From IMG/VR virus record IMGVR_UViG_3300005530_000876: DNA of 12,287 nucleotides. The stretch is one strand, 5' to 3'. The position numbers and the translations under genes were made by a program. Source of the DNA: a virus. Its lineage: Duplodnaviria > Heunggongvirae > Uroviricota > Caudoviricetes. The number at the start of each line of letters is the position of its first letter. Position 1 is the first letter of the stretch. Below are positions 8,006 to 12,287 of this stretch, piece by piece. The notes beneath the pieces were generated by a model. The model was not told the origin of the DNA and did not search any database. It saw nothing but the letters and a program-made list of their open reading frames with translations.

Positions 8006-8266
8006 TTATTGGAAGAACTTTATTTTTAAAGGATCTATTCCCAATTCTTTTAAGTCTTCCATTTTTTCATTAAAAACGTCTTCTTCGGTCCTGCCAGCTA
8101 TTTTCATATTTTCCTTAACGTAAGCAGTCTTGCTTTCTTCATCGTAAATACCGATTGCATATCCATCACCTGACCATTCTAATTCATCCAAAAAACTTTT
8201 TGCCTCTGCCAGGGTTTTGGAATCATTTTCTTGGATTGAGCCGTAACGAGAATAAATCGCTTTCAT
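8006..8266 (-). CDS. Hypothetical acidic phage protein, 86 aa
   Basis: 10-nt gap to the upstream ORF, D/E-rich. Confidence 0.8.
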   Translation of the reverse strand: MKAIYSRYGSIQENDSKTLAEAKSFLDELEWSGDGYAIGIYDEESKTAYVKENMKIAGRTEEDVFNEKMEDLKELGIDPLKIKFFQ

Positions 8267-8276
8267 ATAGATGGTT

Positions 8277-8471
8277 TTATTTTACCAGGCCGGCCAGTTC
8301 CTTTGACATTTTCCGGATGCCAGCCCGGATTGCTTTTTTATCGTCTTTTGTAAATTCGATTTCTTTGCCGTTACCATCTACACCCCGCATTTTGTGAGTG
8401 TAGTTTTTTACCTCCGGGGCATAATCCTGAAAGAAACTTTTTGCTGAGATGTATTGAAATATCTGCTTCAT
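8277..8471 (-). CDS. DUF5053-like small basic protein, 64 aa
   Basis: HKMRGVDGNGKEIEFTKDDKKAIRAGIRKMSKEL resembles, from memory, the Bacteroidota DUF5053 pattern (G..NGK...F..E...L..A...I). Confidence 0.6.
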   Translation of the reverse strand: MKQIFQYISAKSFFQDYAPEVKNYTHKMRGVDGNGKEIEFTKDDKKAIRAGIRKMSKELAGLVK

Positions 8472-8489
8472 GAATTCCTTGTTTTTAAA

Positions 8490-8771
8490 TTAATTAAGAG
8501 AGAATTTTCCGTTCATTTGATGGAATGTTTTAGGAGCGTTATTTATCCAATCTTCTTTTTTATTATACCGCTTCAACCACTGATCCAGCCAAGTATGAAA
8601 GTTCGTAGTTCTAATTAATATGCATTCGACTTCGTTAGGCATCCTGCCAGCTGCTAAGTAAACATGAAGCGCATCAACATAACTACAACTCACTTTTTTA
8701 AGTTCATTTAAAACTTTACTTTCTGGCCAACCGGTGAATTTTCTAAATTGGAGAATTAAATTTTGATTCAT
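8490..8771 (-). CDS. Hypothetical protein, 93 aa, N-terminus UBA-like in pattern
   Basis: Co-oriented, 18-nt gap to the next ORF; residues 5-39 LILQFRKFTGWPESKVLNELKKVSCSYVDALHVYL. Confidence 0.75.
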   Translation of the reverse strand: MNQNLILQFRKFTGWPESKVLNELKKVSCSYVDALHVYLAAGRMPNEVECILIRTTNFHTWLDQWLKRYNKKEDWINNAPKTFHQMNGKFSLN

Positions 8772-8811
8772 AATTTAAGATGTGCTTTATTATATCTTAT
8801 CAATTGAATTT

Positions 8812-9174
8812 TTACCAACTGAAACGAATAGAAAGTTTGGCCGCAGCGCAAACCTCCAGAAACTTTTTTGCGGACCAATAAGCCCATCCTTCATTCTTAT
8901 CATATTCAAAATCCCAGTTGGCAAATTGTTGCATTTGTTTTACTTCTTTTACCGACCAACCTTTTTCATTCCAACAGCTTTTATCTGTTGCTTGTTCAAG
9001 CATGTAAGCACAGGCAGAAACATTTAATACACCACAGGCCAAACCTCCGTCCACAGATCCTGTTTTTTGGGCTACGAATTTTGCTGCTTCTTTAAAAAGT
9101 TTACCAATTTCTGGATTCTCAAATATTTTTGATTTGTAGTCACATTTGGCTGATGAAAATGCATCCCATCCCAT
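8812..9174 (-). CDS. Hypothetical phage protein, 120 aa
   Basis: Co-oriented ORF, Trp/Cys-rich, MGWD start and C-terminal FSW. Confidence 0.85.
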   Translation of the reverse strand: MGWDAFSSAKCDYKSKIFENPEIGKLFKEAAKFVAQKTGSVDGGLACGVLNVSACAYMLEQATDKSCWNEKGWSVKEVKQMQQFANWDFEYDKNEGWAYWSAKKFLEVCAAAKLSIRFSW

Positions 9175-9202
9175 GGTTGTAAATTTTTAACTGATTAATT
9201 AA

Positions 9203-9289
9203 TTAAATTGTTGAAATTGCCAAAGCGATTCCAATGACTGCACAGATAAGGGCAATTATAAATTCTGTTGTGATTTTAATTTTCGGCAT
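9203..9289 (-). CDS. Small single-pass membrane peptide, 28 aa (not in ORF track)
   Basis: Hand translation MPKIKITTEFIIALICAVIGIALAISTI*; fills the gap between ORFs 9301 and 9174 with 11- and 28-nt spacers. Confidence 0.6.
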   Translation of the reverse strand: MPKIKITTEFIIALICAVIGIALAISTI

Positions 9290-9300
9290 AGTTGGAATTT

Positions 9301-9693
9301 TTATTTTATAAAGTAGCGTTGTTGCAATTTAAATATTCTGTTTTCATATTTCTCCTTCGCTTCCTCCAGTTCTATTATTACGAATAATGAATTCCCCTTA
9401 ATGATATCGTCACATTCCTTTTTATAAATATTATAAGCCTTGGTTCTCATCCTGCGAAACTTCTGCTCAGGAGTTAAAGTAATAATCGGCTTTATTATTC
9501 CAGAAGACCAAGAGACAGAAAAATTTCCATAGCCGTAAATCGATGCAAGCTTCGATTCGATCTTTTTCAGTTTACCCGCAAAGATTTCGTCGTTTGCATG
9601 ATCACCAACGAGGCAGCCAAGAAAATAATTCCCCTGGTCCCTCCCGGATCTAAATGTAGTGTTCAACGCATAAAAAGAGTGAATGCCGTTCAT
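9301..9693 (-). CDS. Hypothetical phage protein, 130 aa
   Basis: Co-oriented; basic helical C-terminal half. Confidence 0.8.
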   Translation of the reverse strand: MNGIHSFYALNTTFRSGRDQGNYFLGCLVGDHANDEIFAGKLKKIESKLASIYGYGNFSVSWSSGIIKPIITLTPEQKFRRMRTKAYNIYKKECDDIIKGNSLFVIIELEEAKEKYENRIFKLQQRYFIK

Positions 9694-9708
9694 CGGTGCG
9701 ATTAAAGA

Positions 9709-9996
9709 TTATTTTTGAATCCATTCTGTAATGGCATTATTTAATTTGATCTCATAGCCAAGTTCGTGACCGTTATTTTTTTCTTCGACTGGGACGATAA
9801 TACAAAAATCGTAATGGGTAGAAATTCTTTCTCTTTCTTCCTCGGAATCAGCCAATGAAACATCTTCTAATTTCATTTTTTCAATAAAATCTTTTGCTTC
9901 ATTTTCGGTAGAGAATATTTTTTCAGTAAACATTACCTCAAAATAATTGCCCTTATCTGTCTTAATGTCGCTTCTTGTTTTAATTGCGTAACTCAT
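9709..9996 (-). CDS. Hypothetical acidic phage protein, 95 aa
   Basis: 15-nt gap to the next ORF; E-rich. Confidence 0.8.
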   Translation of the reverse strand: MSYAIKTRSDIKTDKGNYFEVMFTEKIFSTENEAKDFIEKMKLEDVSLADSEEERERISTHYDFCIIVPVEEKNNGHELGYEIKLNNAITEWIQK

Positions 9997-10040
9997 TTTA
10001 ATAAATTTTAGATTGTTAAATAAATTCCTTAACGGTTCGA

Positions 10041-10277
10041 TTAAAAAAGAGAGTATTGTTGAAAAGAGATTTTTAAAATATCCTCAGTGGCAAATAAGCT
10101 GCACCTGCTTAATGGCCTTTGCTCACCGGTTAATTGAAAAATTATTTCCCGCCGTAATTCCCTTTTGTTATTACCGGCCAAGTGCATTGAACAATTGAAA
10201 GAGAATTGAAAACTGTCGAGTTCGAAAACTTCCTTTAGTTTGGCAATTGTAGATGTTGCCTGGTTATTAGATTCCAT
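10041..10277 (-). CDS. Hypothetical phage protein, 78 aa; first gene of the leftward run
   Basis: ATG 23 nt downstream of the promoter -7 element. Confidence 0.7.
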   Translation of the reverse strand: MESNNQATSTIAKLKEVFELDSFQFSFNCSMHLAGNNKRELRREIIFQLTGEQRPLSRCSLFATEDILKISFQQYSLF

Positions 10278-10300
10278 GAGATTAAATTTTATTGCTGTTG

Positions 10301-10331
10301 TAAAAGTATGAAATCTCTTTAATCTACCAAA
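10301..10331 (-). promoter_or_regulatory. Bacteroidota-type promoter driving the leftward small-ORF run
   Basis: Minus strand TTTG (10331-10328) - 19 nt - TACTTTTA (10308-10301); final base A instead of the consensus G. Confidence 0.65.
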
Positions 10332-10360
10332 TATTTAGTAAATTATTTTTTACTTAAATA
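10332..10360. repeat. Imperfect AT-rich inverted repeat abutting the -33 element
   Basis: TATTTAGTAAA (10332-10342) / TTTACTTAAATA (10349-10360), one-base bulge. Confidence 0.45.
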
Positions 10361-10386
10361 GAAAAAGTTACCGGCAGGATCTTCGT

Positions 10387-10539
10387 TTACCTTTTTTGCT
10401 GTTTTAATAAGAAGCAATAAACACTTAAAAACCCTAAAAGATAGCCAACAGATAAACAGCCGACCAATGGATAAGAAAGTGAAAATGCTACGATAGCAAT
10501 AATCAAAGGCAAAACAAATGATAGGATAATGTATGTCAT
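10387..10539 (-). CDS. 50-aa two-TM membrane protein, holin-like topology (not in ORF track)
   Basis: Hand translation MTYIILSFVLPLIIAIVAFSLSYPLVGCLSVGYLLGFLSVYCFLLKQQKR*; ATGA overlap with the upstream stop; basic C-terminal tail. Confidence 0.7.
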   Translation of the reverse strand: MTYIILSFVLPLIIAIVAFSLSYPLVGCLSVGYLLGFLSVYCFLLKQQKR

Positions 10540-10772
10540 TTTACTAAGTGTTTGCCCTTCAGCGGAGCAACGGAATATTCTACATAATCCAGTGATCCTA
10601 TCACAAGTGTTTGTAAATCACGAAGGGTTATTTTACCTTCCTCGTATTCCTTAAAATACCTTTCGACGGTTGCGTTTTCCTTTTTATAAATTTTCTCTTT
10701 TGATTTTGTTACCCTGGATGCGTTGCAGCTGAAGAGTGAAACTAAAATCAGTGCTAAAAATATTTTTTTCAT
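10536..10772 (-). CDS. Lipoprotein, 78 aa (start ATG 10772), possible o-spanin
   Basis: MKKIFLALILVSLFS-C lipobox signal; the track start at 10859 would bury the signal peptide and overlap the upstream gene. Confidence 0.78.
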   Translation of the reverse strand: MKKIFLALILVSLFSCNASRVTKSKEKIYKKENATVERYFKEYEEGKITLRDLQTLVIGSLDYVEYSVAPLKGKHLVK

Positions 10773-10785
10773 GATTGTATATTTT

Positions 10786-10968
10786 TTATCTGTCAAGACC
10801 TTTTTTGTGAGGAGCTTTATAAGTTCCATAACCAATGTAATAATGTGTATTCGTTTCATACCCCCTGTTTGTGCGGCACGAATTCATTCCAATAATCAAA
10901 AGCCCAAGGCAAAGGATCAGAAACACCAGCTGAATCAACCAAAACTTTTTTTGATTCTGAGTCATCAT
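10786..10968 (-). CDS. 60-aa protein with N-terminal TM and possible lipobox (GMNS-C)
   Basis: Starts 3 nt after the endolysin stop; KKFWLIQLVFLILCLGLLIIGMNSC. Confidence 0.7.
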   Translation of the reverse strand: MMTQNQKKFWLIQLVFLILCLGLLIIGMNSCRTNRGYETNTHYYIGYGTYKAPHKKGLDR

Positions 10969-10971
10969 ATT

Positions 10972-11766
10972 TTAATTAATGTATTTAGAATAAACCCACC
11001 CAGTGATGCCAGTGGCCACAACGGCAACATGTGTCCAGTCATTGTGATATCCTAAGATGGAAACGACAGTATTCACTCTCAAAGGATCACCGGCAAGATC
11101 AAAGGAGACCCCGGCGCCTCTGCGTATATTGACCGTGGTAGTGGTTTTATGAATTGTTGATGCAGATGAAAATTTATTGTAAGCATTATCCAGCCTTTTA
11201 TCATACGGCAATTCGTGCAATTTTTTTGCAAGCGCGAGATATCCGGCGCCATTATAATAATATGCAACAACCGACGAATTCTTTTCTTTTACAGCCTTGT
11301 ATAAAACAGGATTTGATTTTATGAATTCTACACCCAGGTTTAATTGATTGATTTCACTCTGATCAGCGTAACTCCACATATTTTGCACACTTGAAAATCC
11401 TAAATCTTTAAAGTGAAAACCCATAACCTGCATCATACCGATTGAACAGCTTTTCATGGCCGCTTCTTTGTCTGATTGGCAGGCCGCTTCAAAAGCTTTA
11501 TATTCGACAGTCTGATTTCCTATGCCATTATTTAACCAGGTACCGGTAACCGGCTCTTTATCCTGAAGTAAAAATCTTTTCATCCAGGATGGTTCAAACT
11601 GAATCAACATTCTTCCGGTATAATCCGAAAAACCGATTCCGGACCCTTCGACTTCATCAAAACCTTTTAAATAATTGGGATCGATATAATTCTTTACAGC
11701 CAGATCAACTATTTGAGAATCGGTAATTTTCTTTAAAGCCAGTTGTTTTTGTTCCTGCAGTGTCAT
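10972..11766 (-). CDS. Phage endolysin: N-acetylmuramidase (PF11860/DUF3380-type) plus C-terminal SH3b-like domain, 264 aa
   Basis: EVEGSGIGF...GRMLIQFEP, AAMKSCSIGMMQVMGFHF, EINQL..GVEFI, YNGAGY, YDKRLDNAY; C-terminal VNIRRGAG...NDWTHV...TGWVYSKYI. No N-terminal signal/SAR. Confidence 0.9.
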   Translation of the reverse strand: MTLQEQKQLALKKITDSQIVDLAVKNYIDPNYLKGFDEVEGSGIGFSDYTGRMLIQFEPSWMKRFLLQDKEPVTGTWLNNGIGNQTVEYKAFEAACQSDKEAAMKSCSIGMMQVMGFHFKDLGFSSVQNMWSYADQSEINQLNLGVEFIKSNPVLYKAVKEKNSSVVAYYYNGAGYLALAKKLHELPYDKRLDNAYNKFSSASTIHKTTTTVNIRRGAGVSFDLAGDPLRVNTVVSILGYHNDWTHVAVVATGITGWVYSKYIN

Positions 11767-11892
11767 ATCAATTGTAGCGTTTTGATGCCTTCCAGGTTAA
11801 ATAAAAGTATGCAGCATAAAAATGCACATCCGTTTCCTTATAAGTCTAATAACTAACTGCAATCCAATACAGTTAAAAAATACACCGGCATA

Positions 11893-12105
11893 TTAATCTC
11901 CTTCGGTGCGCACGGAGAAAGAGCTATCATTGTTTTGCTTCTGATTTTCCAACTTATTCCATGCATCTTGCAAAACATTTGAGAATTTTAAATTATCCGG
12001 AAAGCCATACATCGTTTTGTGCCGGTCAATTTCTTTCCAGCCTTCCCAGTCGGGACAATCGTTTCGGGAAACTCCCTTGTATGTTTCGGGTGTGTAGTCG
12101 CTCAT
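11893..12105 (-). CDS. Hypothetical phage protein, 70 aa
   Basis: ATGA overlap with the upstream partial ORF. Confidence 0.7.
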   Translation of the reverse strand: MSDYTPETYKGVSRNDCPDWEGWKEIDRHKTMYGFPDNLKFSNVLQDAWNKLENQKQNNDSSFSVRTEGD

Positions 12106-12287
12106 ATGCTTGCCAGGTCTTTTTCGAGTTGATCTAAATTGAAATCATTCGGAGCCACGTTGTTTTTAATCCAATCCATGCTCAATACTGCATAGAATTC
12201 ATCTCCGTAACTTGTAAGCCATCCCCATTCCACAGGCAAGATCATTCCCCAGGTGATCACATACACATAGGTTTCATCATAGTCAAC
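12102..12287 (-). CDS. C-terminal fragment (61 aa visible) of a papain/C1-like cysteine peptidase-fold protein, truncated by the window end (not in ORF track)
   Basis: VDYDETYVYVITWGMILPVEWGWLTSYGDEFYAVLSMDWIKNNVAPNDFNLDQLEKDLASI*; V(G/D)YD...TWG...W....Y.DE.YA.LS.DW pattern; catalytic Cys/His lie outside the window. Confidence 0.65.
   Translation of the reverse strand, partial: VDYDETYVYVITWGMILPVEWGWLTSYGDEFYAVLSMDWIKNNVAPNDFNLDQLEKDLASI

Larger units (their letters stand above)
4626..12287. mobile_element. Prophage, left end, integrated at the 3' end of tRNA-Arg(TCT); continues beyond the window
   Basis: Integrase directly downstream of the tRNA, dense small hypothetical ORFs, endolysin. 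The attL core probably lies within the tRNA 3' half, but attR is not in the window, so the boundary is inferred. Confidence 0.85.

Noticed and set aside
10362-10372. AAAAAGTTACC matching part of the attL tandem repeat
   Set aside because: Single partial copy 5.6 kb from attL in AT-rich DNA with no tRNA duplication; not attR, since phage genes continue beyond it.
8155-11270. Track ORFs 8155-8397, 8782-9027, 8868-9095, 10013-10198, 10723-11055 (+) and 11079-11270 (-), plus 7043-7231 (-) just outside this span
   Set aside because: They overlap better-supported genes of the tightly packed minus-strand operons.
11767-11892. Possible hidden holin ORF or stop-codon recoding upstream of the endolysin
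   Set aside because: All three minus frames contain stops (TAA plus TAG or TGA), and neighbouring genes read normally in code 11.

Overview
Bacteroidota-type chromosome (probably Chitinophagaceae-like; inferred from protein style and TAnnTTTG promoters) at the left junction of a prophage. Host part (1-4625): htpG, a decayed and 5'-truncated TlpA-type redoxin pseudogene, an OmpA-family protein with TSP3-like Ca-binding repeats, and tRNA-Arg(TCT). The tRNA is followed 95 nt later by a tyrosine integrase with a non-canonical YxxK in place of HxxR. The rest (to 12287, truncated) is prophage: two rightward accessory ORFs, a tightly packed leftward run of 12 small unknown ORFs with its own promoter, and a lysis-like region (DUF3380/PF11860-type muramidase with a C-terminal SH3b, two lipobox proteins, a 2-TM micro-protein) preceded by the C-terminus of a papain-like protein. 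Three ORFs missing from the supplied track were translated by hand. All family calls are motif recognition by eye; no searches were run.
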